From the NCBI GenBank assembly GCA_038087875.1, contig CM075991.1, positions 1,116,001 through 1,180,000 on the forward strand: 64,000 bases of DNA, written 5' to 3'. Shown here piece after piece: positions 47,918 through 62,500 of this stretch (positions are counted from its first letter, which is position 1; each line of letters starts with the position of its first letter). A program made the translations under genes and the position numbers. This DNA comes from Malacoraja senta. Lineage: Eukaryota. Below the pieces are notes generated by a model. It saw only the letters and a program-made list of their open reading frames with translations. It was not told the origin of the DNA and ran no database searches.

Positions 47918-50900
47918 TGTAATTCTGATATAGCTTCAGCTGGTAATAGCATAGGTCTGTTAAAATGACCTAAATGGTACTTGAGAGCTTGCTCCTTTGC
48001 ACGTTGTAAATTCTGATAATGCAAAGGCCCAAATTGTGCAGCTGGAAAAACAGCCACTATTTTGCCAATTACACTAGCCACCTGGCGAATAGAAGGCTGC
48101 TTCATAACAACAAGGTTGTTACAGGCTTCTATTGATTCTAATCTCTTGCCCCAGGGCAGAATCACAGATATTAATAGAGTTAATGGTAAATCCCAAATAA
48201 TTAATAACTCTAGTTGGTATCAACTTGGATTTAACTGGATGGACGAGAAACTCCAATTTCTAAAAAATGAGTTTCGTGGCTGAAACAGCTAATTTAGCCA
48301 ATTTTAGCGTTTTCCTATGATTAGAATATCATCCAGTTAGGCCATACAATGTGTTTTTGAGCTCTAAGCAGCCCAAGCACCGGCTTTAATAATTTGGTAA
48401 ATATCCTGGGGCTGGTTAACCCATTAGGCAACGCTTTAAACTGCCACAGTTGCCCCATCCAGCTAAATTTCAAATATCTCCAGTGATCCCTGTGAATGGG
48501 CACCGAATAGTATGCATCTTTGAGATCGATGCATCCCATAAACCATCCTTTGGAAATCAGTTGTTTGGCTGTAACGAAGTTTTCCATTTTAAAATGTCTA
48601 TACTGCAAATGAGAGTTAAGTTGTGTTAAATCAAGGATGATCCGACATCCTACATCTTTCTTTTGTCTAGAGAATATATTGGAGACGAATTGGTGATGTT
48701 CATGACTTGACTTCTCGATTACCCCTTTTGTGTATAATGTGTGAATTTCAGCTTGTATATCCAAACCTTCTTGTTTGGAGTGAACAAATGCCCGGCTTGA
48801 TGTATGTTGTGTGGGTGGCAATGATTTGGGAAGAAATTCAATTTGGAACCCTTGTATACTGTGCAGTATAAACAGATCTGATGTTATACATCCCATTCGT
48901 GCAAAAACAAGTGTAATCTACCACCAACTTGTAACTGGTCCGCACACCCCATGTTCCGGAAAGAACCAGACCCACCTACCTCCATGGTTACCGGTGGTCT
49001 TATGGTAGGCCCAAAGGCCCCTGATTCGGGTTCTATTTCCGTCCTCGAGGTTTGGAGGGTTGGATTGCTAGGGTGCGTGGATTGCACATTTTCCATGAGG
49101 GCCGGCTTGGGCCTTGGCCTAAAAAGACCTCTGCCCAGAGAAATCAGCTTTTGAGCTGCCACCAGCTTCAGCGAACCGCTTACTGCTGATGGAGGCGTAA
49201 GGGTGTTGTCACCGAAACGGTGAAGCTTTGCACGTCGTTGGTGCCTTGATTAGCCTGACAGCTTTTGCTTCCTCATCCAGGTCTTTTACCTGTTTGGGTA
49301 GGTCTTCCCCGAACAGAAGATTCGGCGGCTGAACCTTGCTGCCCTTACATAAGCCTGCAAATTTGGGATTTAAGGCAGGTCTGATGGCGTTCTTCCGAAA
49401 GCAGTTCATTTCGAAGTGTGCATTGCACATCAACGCCAGGGCATCCTGCTGGACGTCCGATAAGGGCCATCCATCCACAGATCTGGCAAATGCCGTGATG
49501 CCTAAAGCCAGTAATTCGTTGGAGTTTCATTTCCTGGGCTTTGATGCCCCCTCCAATGTATCCCCAGATAGAGCTGTTCACTGCCGGCACTTTCAGGGAT
49601 GCACAATTTACAGGTGTATGGTATTTTGCAGCCGTTTCAACCATCACCTGTTCCTGTAATTGATGTGACGTGAGGTAGTTGATGCTGGAAGCCAGCTCTT
49701 CTTCCAGCAGCTCCCCTGTTTGCGAGGGTATCACAAACCTTGATGCCATGGCAGGCAATTCTTGAACCTCACGCATGTCATGCATTCCAGTATGTTCCAC
49801 GGACATACCTCAGAATTCGGAGTCAGTCATATACTGACCCCGTACACTCCCCTCCTCAGAGTGGGAGACATTAAGCAGCCCTGGACCAGGCGCTGCCGCA
49901 GGCTCGCAAGGAGACCTGCGATATGTCTCCGTATCAGGGAGCATATCATGATGGAGCATCCTTTCCATAAGGTGCTCCATCCGGGATAAACGCCCGAGGA
50001 CGCTATCCATGGTTGTAGGAGGGGACTCATCTGAGTACACAGGCCTCGCCTCTCAGACTTCCGTTTGGCTTTGCCCCCTTTCAGGGTTGCCAAAGTGCTT
50101 TGGGCAATCACCAAGTCTGAAGTTGCTGACCCCACTGTCAGCGACTCGGACGGCGAAACCGCCGGCCACCGGCTACCCGCACTCCCGTGGTCCTCCGTAG
50201 CCAGTTTCCCTGCGGCCCGTCTGGGCTTCGCCCTGGATTTTTCCATTATCCGTTCAGCAATTGGAACTCTGTAATGAGAATTTTTACCCAAAAAACGACC
50301 TCAGAATAAGTTTGAAACTTACCTGCAGGGTTTTACACTTACCACTGGAGAAGCGACGCTCCTCCCAACCAGTCGTGCGCCATGCGTTAGACGTATTGAC
50401 GCGCATGCGGGCTGGCAGGCTTCTTCACGTAGTCACTCACGTGACTTCGAAGTAAAATTGATGATTTTACAGGACCCTGGAAGTTGCCTATGGGAGAATA
50501 ATTCTCACGGGACAGCTGCAGGCCAATGTAGATAGATTCACAGGGAGTCTTCACCCCTACAACCTCGCGCAACCCACCCCCCCCCCTCCCCAACCCCACC
50601 ACTACAGTTTTACATCTTGCTGTCAAACAGAGACCAAGCTCTTCCTTGCAGAAGGGGACATGTCAGGGATGGATGGATGCCGATCTAGCTGACTAGATAA
50701 CAGCACTTGGGGGAGCTGGGGAATGAGCTTCCTGACAGGGAGTCATTAAAGTACAGGATCAAAATACAAGAAGATAAAAACCCTCCAGCAGATCTACATT
50801 TTAAATGATCAATTCTAAAGAGATCAATTCTAAAGAGAGTTCATTGAACACAATCTGACCATCACCAGTGAAGTTATATAACAATGACATTTAAATCTGG

Positions 50901-53900
50901 TTCATACAGGAACAGTTTAATCATCTTGTACTATTCCCTTCCCCTAACAACGCTGTGTGATATTTATCACAGCTGCTTAAGTCACAGCTGTTCTAAATTC
51001 TGTTAGATTCTCTATGGTTTATTGTATGGCTCAGGAGGGAATTCAGAACATCGGTGTTCTGGCTATCTCTCCCCCTTCGAGAGCTATTTGCTTAGCTTCA
51101 TCCCCTTCCCTCTCGAAATGCTAGCTATCTGAAGTTAAAAAATTTCCCCCCTCTTTTTACTTTACCACAACTTTCCATTGCTAAAAATCGCTGCCTGATT
51201 CCCTGTCACATTTACTTGCTGTAACAAACAGAAACCATTTGTTTCTGCCAATATCTCATCGGAAATTAACCGAGGAAATAACAAAAGTCTCACTTGCTGC
51301 AGCTTTATATTAGGTGCAAGTACAAAAATAAATCAACAGACAATAAATAAACAGCAATTAGAGTCAGCATCGTGCAGCACAGAAACAGGGCTTACCTACC
51401 CAACTTGCCCATGCCGACCAAGTCCCATTTGTCTGCATTTGGCCCATATACCTCTCAACCTTTCTGATTTATGAAAACATTGTACCTGTCTCAGCTACTT
51501 CCCTGGCAGCTATCACCCTCTGTGTGAAAGGATCACCTCTCCAGATTCTATTAAATCTTTCCCTCCTCACCTTCACTTACAGTATATGCTCCTGTTCTTG
51601 ATTCCCCTACTATGGGGGGGGGGGGGGGGGGGAACTACTTGTACATTCCATCTATTTATCTCATCATGTTATACACCTCTGTAAGATCATCCCTCAGCCT
51701 CTGCACTCCAAGGAACAAAGTCCTAGCCTGCCCAATCTTTCCCTGTAGCTCAGATCTCTGCATTGCAGCACAATGGCATTTTTCCGACAGCACAAAGACC
51801 AAAACTGAACAATACTCCACATGCACTCACCAATGTCTTGTACAACTGTAACAAAATGCCCCAACCTCCTTACTCAACTCCCTAATGAGGAAGGGCAAGT
51901 CAAGTCAAGTCAACTTTATTTGTCACATACACATACAAGATGTGCAGTGAAATGAAAGTGGCAATGCCTGCGGATTGTGCAAAAAACTACAGAACAGAAC
52001 AGAATCAGTATTTACATATTAGAAAAAAAAACAAGCAATTTTAAAAAGACACAACACAACAGTAAATTGGTACAGTAAATTAGTCCCTCATGAGATAAGA
52101 GTTTACAGTCCTAATGGCCTGTGGGAAGAAACATCCTCTCTGTTTTCACAGCATGACAGTTTGCCTCACCGTAGCAGCTGAAACGGTCCGTTGCTGGGGT
52201 GCTAGGGGTCCTTCATTATGTTGTTGGCTCTGGATCTGCACCTTCCGATGTATAGGTCCTGCAGGGAGTTGAGTGTAGTTCCCATAGTGCGTTCGGCCGA
52301 ATGCACTACTCTCTGCAGAGCCTTCTTGTCCTGGGCAGAGCAGTTCCCAAACCAGATTGTGATGTTGCCGGACAAGATGCTTTCTACAGCCCCTGAGTAG
52401 AAGCACTGAAGGATCCCCAGAGAGACTCTGAATTTCCTCAGCTGCGTGAGGTGGTAAAGGGGCTGCCTTGCCTTACTCACCAGTGCGGCAGTGTGTGATG
52501 TCCATGTCAGATCCTCTGTGATGTGGACTCCCAGGTATTTAAAGCAGCTCACCCTGTCCACAGTAGCCCCATTTATCTCCAGTGACGTATACTTCCTCGG
52601 ATGTTGTGCCCTTCTAAAGTCCACAATCAGCTACCTAGTTTTTATGACATTCAAGAGGAGGCTGTTGTCCTGACACCAGAGTGCCAGATTAGCCACCTCC
52701 TCCCGGTAAGCCTTCTCATTGTTATCAGAGATCAGGCCCACCACCACAGTGTCATCAGCAAACTTGATTATAGAGTTGGAGCTGAACCTGGCCACACAGT
52801 CATGTGTATACAGGGAGTACAGTAGGGGGCTGAGGACACAACCCTGGGGGGGGGGGGGGTCCTGTGTTCAGGGTGAGGGTGTTCGATGTATTTCCTCCCA
52901 TCTTGACTACCTGGGGCCTGGCGGTGAGAAAGTCCAGGACCTGGAGGCATACAGGGGAGTGTTAAGCCCCAGTTCCAGTAGCTTCTCAGCAAGTCTGGTG
53001 GGGACTATCATATTGAAGGCTGAACTGAAGTCAATGAACAGCATCCTCACATAGCCCCCCTTCTGGCTGTCAAGATGAGAGAGAGCGGTGTGCAGAACCT
53101 GGGAGACCGCATCGTCCGTGGATCTGTTCGGATGGTATGCGAACTGTAGCGTGTCCATATTGCGAGGGAGGAAGGCGCAGATGTGGTTCTTGACCAGCCT
53201 CTCGAAGCATTTCATGACTACCGAGGTGAAGGCCACAAACAAGCTGGAGAGGCATTCCTTGGTACAGGTACAATGATGGATCTTTTGATTGCCAGCATAC
53301 CAGAAGCCCTCTTCATCACCCTATTTACCTGTCATGCAACTTTTGGGAACTATGTATTTGTACTCCAACATCTCCTAAAACCTCTGATAAAGTAAAGTCT
53401 TTGGTGAGTTTTCCCTGTGATTGCATCCATGTGCTTTCATTCAAGATCCAGTAACAACTGGGTCGATCCCCCAGCTCAAGAAAACTCATATTTGCAGAAA
53501 CATACCATTCAATCTCTCAAGCTTTCTGTTAGTCAATAAGATTGTCTCAGTCTGAAGAAGGGTCTCAACCTGAAATGTCACCTATTCCTTCTCTCCAGAG
53601 ATGCTGCCTGACCCGCTGAATTGCTCCAGCTCTTTGAGTCTATCTTCAGTGTAAACCAGAATCTGCAGTTCCTTCCTACAGATTAGATCATACCCTCTGT
53701 TCCACTCACATGTACATTGCATTCACATAACAGAAACAGGCCACTTAATTTCTGGTTGTGTTTATACTCCACACAAGTGACTCCCTCCCCATCTTTGTTC
53801 ATAAAACCAATGAATGTTATTTTCTCCTTCACACATTTGACCACGGCCTTTAAATACCTCTCCTTTAAACTTACCCTTGTGACCTTAAAACTATGCCTTC

Positions 53901-56403
53901 TAGTCCTCTGACTCTCTACCCTATATATGTCTCTCATAATTTCATATGCTTCAATCCTCAGCCTCCGATGTTCAAGAGAAAACAATTCAAGTTTGTCCAA
54001 CCTCTTCTTACAGCAAATACTCTCTATCCTGCACCCTCTCCAAAGCCTCCACATCCTTCCTATAATGCGGTAACCAGAACTGCAGACAATATTCCAAATA
54101 TGCCGTTGCTAAAGTTCTATCTAGCGGAAACATGACTTCCCAATTTCCCAAGCATGCCACCTACATTTTTACATCTATCCTTGTGGAGAAATTCTCATGC
54201 GGCCATATTCAGGGAGCCATGGAACAGTACAGGGACCTTAGAATGGTACAGCATAGGAGCAAGCCCTTCAGCCCTTAATGTATGTGCTGAATAAGATAAA
54301 GTATTCTCATCTACCTGCACATGATCTATAATCCTCCATTTTCTACATTCCTGTGTGCCTATGTAAGAGCCTCTTAAACACCACTATCGTATCTGCTCCA
54401 CCACCACCCTTGATCCAAGTAAATCTCATCCCAAAGAATCCTCTCCAATAGCTTCCCTATCACCGACGTAGAGCTTGCACCAGCCAATATTATCTGGATC
54501 ATCTCTACTTCCCTTTTTAAACAAAGGAACAACAGTGCCTACTCTCCAGTCCTCCGGGATCTCGCCAGTGGCTGGAGAGTATACAAAGGTCTTTGTTAAG
54601 GCCCCTGCAATTTTCTTTCTTGCCTCCATCAACAGCCTGGGATCGATCCTATCAGGCCCAAGGGATTTACTCACCTTAACGTTCTTCGAGACGCAACACC
54701 TCCTCCTTCTTGATGTCAACATGTCCTACAATAGTAGTATACTCACTGATCACCACAAAATCAAGATACAAGCTTGAAGGCACAGACCACCAAGTTCAGG
54801 AACAGCTTCTTCCTACTTTTATCAGACTATTGAATTGTCCTTTTATAAACCAAGGATGTCTTGCCAATCTCCCAACCAACCTACCTTGTTGTGGCAGGTG
54901 CACTTATTTATCTGCAATTTCTCTGTCAGTGTATCATTTTATTCTGCACTGTTTATTTTTTACCTTTGCATCACTTGTTCTACTTGTGTTTATTTAGATT
55001 GTACTCATATATGTAGTGATTTGCCTGGATAGCGTGCAAAACAAAGTTCTCAGTATACACGGCAATAATTTATCAATATCAATAGCTTGGTGAATACTGA
55101 TTCAAAGTATTTAGTACCTCACTCACTTCCTGTTGCTCAAAGTATAAATACCCTCTTGTGTCTTTGAGTGGTCATATAGTCATGGAGCTGTACAGCATAG
55201 ACAGGCCCTTCAGCCCATCTTGTCCATGCAAACAAAGTAGGCATACTGGGCTGATCCCATTTGCCTGCATTTGGTCCATATCATTCTAAATCCCAGGCTC
55301 TTGTTTTTAATGTATATACAAAATGTCTTGGAGTTTTCCTTAATCCTACTTGCTAAGGATATTCATGGCCCCTTTTGGCCCTTCTAATTCCTTGTTTGAG
55401 TTCTTTCCTGCATTCTTTCCTTTCCTTGTGGGCTCTGTTTGATACCAGCTTCATAAACTTACATTTGCTTTGTATATTTGTGCATGTCTACCCCAAATCC
55501 ACTGTACTGTACTTAAACACATTTTCTAGGAATAGACACTTATTTTTCTGAAAACAAAACACATCACCTCACACTTTCCACCATTTCAGTTATTTCGCTA
55601 GTTATGCACTCATCTGTTTTATTCATATGCTGTGATATGTTGTGGCAATTCCAGCAATGATCAGTAGTTCCTTCCTCAAAGCTATTTGATAATCTAAATA
55701 GATTACATCTTCTAAATCACATGTCGCTATCCTTTCTATTCCTTTTACATAAATGCTCTGTCAGCGCTGCTGTCTCACAGCTCTGCGGATTGGCTTTGAT
55801 CCTGATTTTGGGTGTTGCCAATGTGGAGTTTACATGTTCTCCCTTCGACTGTCCTGAGTTTCCCCGGGTGCTCTGGTTTTCTCCCATATACCCAACATAG
55901 GTTAAGTGGCAAAATAACTAAATAGGAATCGATGGGCATGTGAGATATATTAAGTTGCAGGAGAAAGAGGAACGAGACTGATGGTATTGCTCTGTTAAAT
56001 CCTTTTTAAACAAGGGGATTTTATTAGCTAACCATTTCCTGCTTTAGTCTCCTCGTGTCCAAAATTACATATATGTGACAGTGACTGAGCTATATTTTCC
56101 TGGCGTGTTTTTAATATGCATGTAATGTATGCAATCTTTGAACTACTTTCATGCACCAATTTACATTTCTCCGATTGGAAAGAACATCATGTTCCACATG
56201 GCAACTCAGTTGCAGGGTTATGTGACGCTCGTTTGCTCTCCACATTTCTAATTATTGACTCTTTTCACCAACACCAGTCAGTGCACCTTCTTATTGCAAG
56301 CAATTACCACTGTGGATATTAAAGGACAGACATAAATGAGGTTTGTAGGCTGCAAGTCAGTGAACTATTATGGAACTATATTAAACTTTCAAAGTTACAT
56401 ACA

Positions 56404-56509
56404 TCAAAATGTGGTTGTTTTTACATTTAAATTATCCTTTGAGTGAAACTTTACAAACTGGTCGCAAACTGCGAAAAGGCCAGAAGAAGCTTGCCAGCTT
56501 ATCTTCTCC
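56404..56509 (-). CDS. Duplicate of candidate terminal exon 9367-9472
   Basis: Same coding sequence and ...ttctcgcag acceptor. Confidence 0.38.
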
Positions 56510-59500
56510 CTGCGAGAATGCAAACTTAAACTAGGGAGACAAATTGATTAGGAATACATTTTTGAAATGATAGTAATTGGTTAAACATAGCATTAAAAAA
56601 CATGCTTGGGGCTAGAGCTAGAATTGAAACTTGAGTACTGTTAATGCTTGGTTATTTTGTACTTATCATGTAAACAAGAATTACGAAAATAGAGGAAGGT
56701 ACCTGGGGAGGTGCTGGTTTGGATGGGAAGTGATGAGTGACCCAGGGAGTTGCAGAGGGAACGGTCCCTGTGAAAAGCAGAAAGGGATGATGATGGGAAG
56801 AAGTGACTGGTGATGGGATCCCGTTGGAGGGTGGCGAAAATGCCAGAGGATTATGCGCTGTTTGCGACAGCTGATGGGGTGAAAGGTGTGGACTTGGAGG
56901 ACTCTGTCCCTGTTGCGAGCGGGGGGGAGGGGAAGCAAGAGCAAGGCTGCGGGATACTTAGGAGTTATGTATAAAGGCCTCTTCTATGATAGAAGAGGTG
57001 AATCCCAATTCCCTAATGAGGGCATCTCGAATGTCCTGGTATGGAACACCTTAACATGGGCGCAGATGCGGCAGATGCAAAGGAATTGGGAGTAGGGGAT
57101 AGAGTCTTTACAGGAAGCAGGGTGGGAAGAAGTGTAGTCTAGATAGCTATGGGAGTGGTAGGTGTGTATCAGACGTCAGTCGATAGTCTATCTCCTGTGA
57201 TGGAGGTGGTGAGATCAAGAAAGGGGAGGGAGGTGTCAGAGATGGTCCAAGTGAATTTACGTGTTGGATATAAATTGGAGATAATGAAGTCCATGAGTTC
57301 TGCATGGGTGCAGGAGGTAGCTCCAATGCAGTCGTCAAAGTAGCTGAGTTCAGGGTTCGGGCCAGTGTACGCCTGGAATAGGGATTGTTTGATGTATCCT
57401 ACAAATTGGCAGGCATAGCTGGGGCCTATGCGAGTGCCCATGGCTATGCCTTTGAATTGGAGGTAGTTGAAGTAGTCCTTTGAGTCCGAAGAAGGGACTC
57501 GACCCGAAACGTCGCCCATTCCTTCTCTCCAGAGATGCTGCCTCACCCGCTGAGTTACTCCAGCATTTAGTGTCTACCTTTGAGTCAAAGGAGAAGTTGT
57601 TGAGAGTGAGGACCAGCTCCGCTAGGCGGAGGAGTGTGCTGTAGAGGGAAATTGCTTGGTTCTGTGGTCGAGGATGGAACTGAGTGCTTTAAGGCCTTCC
57701 TGCTGGGGAATGGAGGTGCAGAGTGACTGAATGTCTATACTAAAGATGAGAGAATGGGGGCATGATAACGGAAGTAATTAAAGAGACGAAGAGCGGGTGA
57801 GGCGTCTTGGACATAGATTGGGAGGGATTGGACCAGCAGGGATAGGATGGAGACAAAGTATGTGGAAATTATTTCAATGGGGCAGGAGCAGGCAGAAACA
57901 ATGAGTCTGCCAGGACAGTTCTGTTTATGGATTTTGGGGAGACGGTAAAAGCAGGCCGTGCTGGTCTGGGGAACAATAAGGTTGGAGGTTGTGGAGGGGC
58001 AGACAGCTAGAATAGATAAAATCAGAAATGGTCTGTGAGATAATGGCCTGATGCTCATCTGTGGGGTCATGATCCAAGGGTGAGTTGTCTGAGAGTTGGA
58101 GGTCAACTCGCCAAGCTACCTCAGCATCTCTCTTGTCGGCGGGTTTGATGATAATGTTGGGGTTGTTGAAGCATGAGTGGAGGGAGTGAGGTTAGAGTAG
58201 GTAAGGAGAGTGAAAAAGGGGAGAGTAAAGAGTGTAGAAGGCCGTCCACTGGAGTCCAAGAGGAGGGGGGCCGGTGGAGATGGGAGATAAGTACTGGCTT
58301 ACATGCAGCATCCAAATTCTGAGATTAAATCAAAAGCAAAATAAATAAAAATGAAGACATTGAACACATAAGTCATAAAGTGGAATGGAAGGTTCTTGAA
58401 GCTGTAAAATGATAAATTGCTTCCACTTGAGATTCCATATCCCTGCCCTTTTACTGTTGAATTGTTGACTGACATGCGTTTTGATTTTTACGATAAAAAC
58501 ATTTCCTGGTAATAAATTTTGCAATAAGATGACAAAATGCAAAATATGCTATCCTCTATATTTTCCCAACAGCAACTACATAATTAGACTTCAGCTGCTG
58601 ATAATCCCAACATTGATGTTAAAGCCCAAAACACCATAATAACTGCACCACAAAAGGATATATTCAGATATAATTTTTTGACTGTAGCCCATGTAAGCTT
58701 TCAGTTCTCCATATATATTGCTTATGCTAATCACATACTAAATGTGAAGCAAAGCTGTACATTGCAGCAATTTATTCCAATAATGCTCCAACACTATATG
58801 CTTGCATTATTCTTGGGCTATTTGCCCTAACATCATTCTCTAAGTTCTGTTTCATGCTTCCATAATTGTCACACAAGGTTGTTTGTACCCTGTGTGTTCA
58901 CCCTTTGCTAAACAAGAGATGCTCCCCGGTTCACTCACCCCGTCCCACCCACCACCCCCTCCCCCGGGACTTTCCCCTGTAACTGCAGGAAATGCATCAC
59001 CTGTCCTTATACCTCCTCCCTCGACTCAATCCAGGGATCCCGACATCCTTTCAGATGAGGAAGAGAATTACTTTCACCTCCTCCAACATCATCTACTGTA
59101 TCCAGTATTCCCGATGTGTGCTCCTATATATCGGTGAGACCAAGCATAGACATGGTGATCGCTTCGCTGAACACATGTTCAGTCCGCCTTGGCCTATGTG
59201 ATCTCCTGGTTGCAAAACATTTTAACTCCCCTTCCCATTCTGTCCTGGGCCTCCTCCACCGTCAGAGTGAGGCCACACGCAAATTGGAGGAACAGCACCT
59301 CCAATAGCCACTCCACTAAGTCTACTCGCCATTCAATTATGGCTGATCTACCGTCCCCTCTCAACCCCATTCTCCCCATAACCCCTGACACACGTACAAA
59401 CCAAGAATCTATCTATCTCTGCCTTAAAAATATCCATTGACGGTCTCCGCAGCTTTCTGTGGCAATGAATTCCACAGATTCTCCACCCTCTGACTAAAGA

Positions 59501-62500
59501 AATTCTTCCTCATCTCCTTCCTAAAGGAGGCTATGATCTCCGGTCCTAGACTCTCCCACTTGTGGAAACATCCTCTCCGCATCCAATCTTTCCAGGCCTT
59601 TCACTATTCGGTAAGTTTCAATGAGGTTCCCCATCATCCTTCTAAACTCCAGCGAGTACAGGCCCAGTGTGTCGAAAGCACATCATATGTTAACTCACTT
59701 ATTCCTGGGATAATTCTGGTAAACCTCCTCTGGACTCTCTCCAGCACCAGCACATCCTTCCTCATATATGGAGTCTAAAATTGCTCACAATACACCACAT
59801 GCAGTCTAGCCAGCGCCTTATAAAGCCTCAGTATTACATCCCTTTGTTTTGTATTCTAGTCCTCTCAATATAAATGCTAGCATTGCGTTTTCCTTCCTTA
59901 CTACTGTTTTGACTTGCAAATTAACTTTCTGGGAATCCTGCGCCAGCACTCGCAAGTCCATTTGCACCGTTGATTTCTGAATTCTCTCCCCATTTAGAAA
60001 ATAGTCTACACCTTTATTCCTACTACCAAAATGCATGACCGCACACTTGGTGCAAAGCCCTCAATCCCCCAACCTAAATCATTGATGTACAACGTGACGA
60101 GTAGCGGCCCCAGCACCAACCCCTGCGGAATTCCGTTAGTCACTGGCATCCAATCAGAAAAAGCCCCTTTTATTGCCACTATTTGCTTTCTGCCATCCAG
60201 CCAACTTGCTATTGATGCCAGTATCATGGACTCTCATCTTCTTTAGCACCTTATCAAAGGCTTTCTGAAAATCTAGGTAAACATCCACTGAACCCCACCC
60301 CCCCCCTCCCCCCTTGTCTGTTCTGCTATTTTACTTCCTCAAAGAACACCAACAGATTTGTCAGGATTGACCTCCCCTTCACAAGACCATGCTGACTTTG
60401 CCTATTTCACCATGAACTTCTAAGTACTCAGATGCCTCATCCTTTATAATGGACTCTAAAATCTTACCAGCCATTGAAGTCAGGATATTTTCCTGTAGCC
60501 TATAGTTTCCACTCTTCCACTTGGCTCCATTCTTGAACAGCGGAGTAATATTTGCAATTTTTCAATCGTCTGGAACCACTCCTGACTATAGTAATTCTTG
60601 AAAGATCACTACTAATCCCTCCATAATCTCTAAAGCCAACCCTTTCAGAACCCTGGGGTGCAGTCCATCCGGTCCAGTTGACATCTACCTTCAGACCTTT
60701 TTAGTTTCCCAAGCACCTTCTACTTAGTAATAGCCACTCCACCAACTTCCACCCCCTGACTCTCTTGAATTTCAGGCTTGTTGCTGGTGTCTTCTACTTT
60801 GAAGACTGATGCAAAAACGCTATTCAATTCCTCTGCCATTTCTTTATTCCTCATTATCACTTCTCTTTGATAAGGCCCCACACAAGAGATTAGTGTGCAA
60901 AATTAGAACACATCGTATTCGGGGTAGGATATTGACATGGATAGAGAACTGGTTGGCAGACAGGAAGCAAAGAGTAAGAGTAGGAAGAATAGGATTTAAC
61001 AGGTCATTTGAATAGGATTTAACAGGTCCAACAGAATAGACTTGATGGGCCAAATGGCCTAATTCTGTCCCTATAACTTATGAACACTTAGGTTTAAGGT
61101 GAGAGAAGAAAAATATAAAGCAAATCTGATGGGCCACTTTTTCACATAGAGGGGGTGGATATATAGAATGAGCTGGCAGAACGCAGGTACCTCACAATCA
61201 TATTTTATTAGCCAAGTATGTTTTGCAACATTCGAGAAATTTCATTTGCCATAGTCATACCACTAAAAAGCAACAGAACACACAAAATACATTTTATCAT
61301 AAACATCCACCACAGTGATTCCTCCACATTCCTCACTGTGATGGAAGGCGAAAAAAAGTTAAATCTCTTCCCTTCTTTGTTCTTCCGCGGTCGGGGGCCT
61401 CGAGCCTTCCGTTGATGGAGTGATCTTGGCTCCCGTAGCCTGCGGCGTTTGGGCCCTTGCGTCGGGGCAATCAAGCTCCTGCATCCGGGGGGGGGGGGGG
61501 GGGGAAGGGGAAATCTCAGATCCTCCGCGGCGGGTCGGGGCTGGTCGAAACCTTCTGCGTCGTTTGGAGCTTCCCGACATTGGTCTCTATCCAAGACTGT
61601 ATGCTCCTCGATGGTGAAATCCTCAGGCCGCGGTTGGAGCATCGATCCCAGGCAAGGGATCGCAGGCTCCGATGGTAAGTCCACGTCCCCGCGGTGGGGC
61701 TCAAAGTCAGTCCCGAGCAAGGCCTCCAGTTCCATGATGTTAGGCCACAGGGTGACCGGAGATACGATCCAGAAAACAATCGCATCTCCGGCAAGGTAAG
61801 AGATTGAAAAAAAAGTTTCCCCCGACCACCTTCCCCACCTCCCACTTAAAACAAACCAGAGAACATTAACATAAACTTTTAAAACACATTAAAAATAACA
61901 AAAAAGACAAAGACAGACAGACTGTTGGCGAGGCTGCCATTGTGCTGCACCCGCTGGTGGTACGATGACACCATTTAAAAAAACATTTGGGAAGGTTTAT
62001 GGATAGGAAAATTTAAAGAGACGTGGGCCAAATGCAGCCAAATATATAAAATGTAAATGTTTAGGTAGGCATCATGACAGCACGAACGAGTTGTGCCGAA
62101 GGGCGTTTACTCGCTGCTTAACTCTATGAACCTCCAGCTTCACATATCCCTGAAAACAGAGTTCCATGCTTTGTTCTTTCTATATCCATGTAATTATCCA
62201 GCCATTTACTTCTGTTTGTGATGTTATTGTTTTAGGTTGGGAAATTATCTGCACTTTGATATAGTTCTTAATTTTGTCTTTTTTATCACCTTTCCTGACA
62301 TTCCTGACCCAAAATGCTGCATGAGCTGCTGAGCTACGGCAGAAATTTGCGTTTTGCTTAACTTTATCCAGTCAGTTTATTGTGGCTTCTTTTGCTTCTT
62401 GCTCTTTTTTTCCACCCTTCCTCTTTATCGTTCATCCCTTGTTTCCCTTTCTTTTAACTCCCTGCTGTTACCTGTTACACTAATTTAAACCCATCTCAAC

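Larger units (their letters stand above)
44801..50457 (-). mobile_element. Full-length DIRS1-type YR retrotransposon, copy B (decayed)
   Basis: Order gag (50290-49200), RT/RH (48900-46750), MT-like (46630-46280), YR (46230-45309: LKSHSTRAA, AGWS...TFY); ITRs and ICR present; no TSD. Confidence 0.96.
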
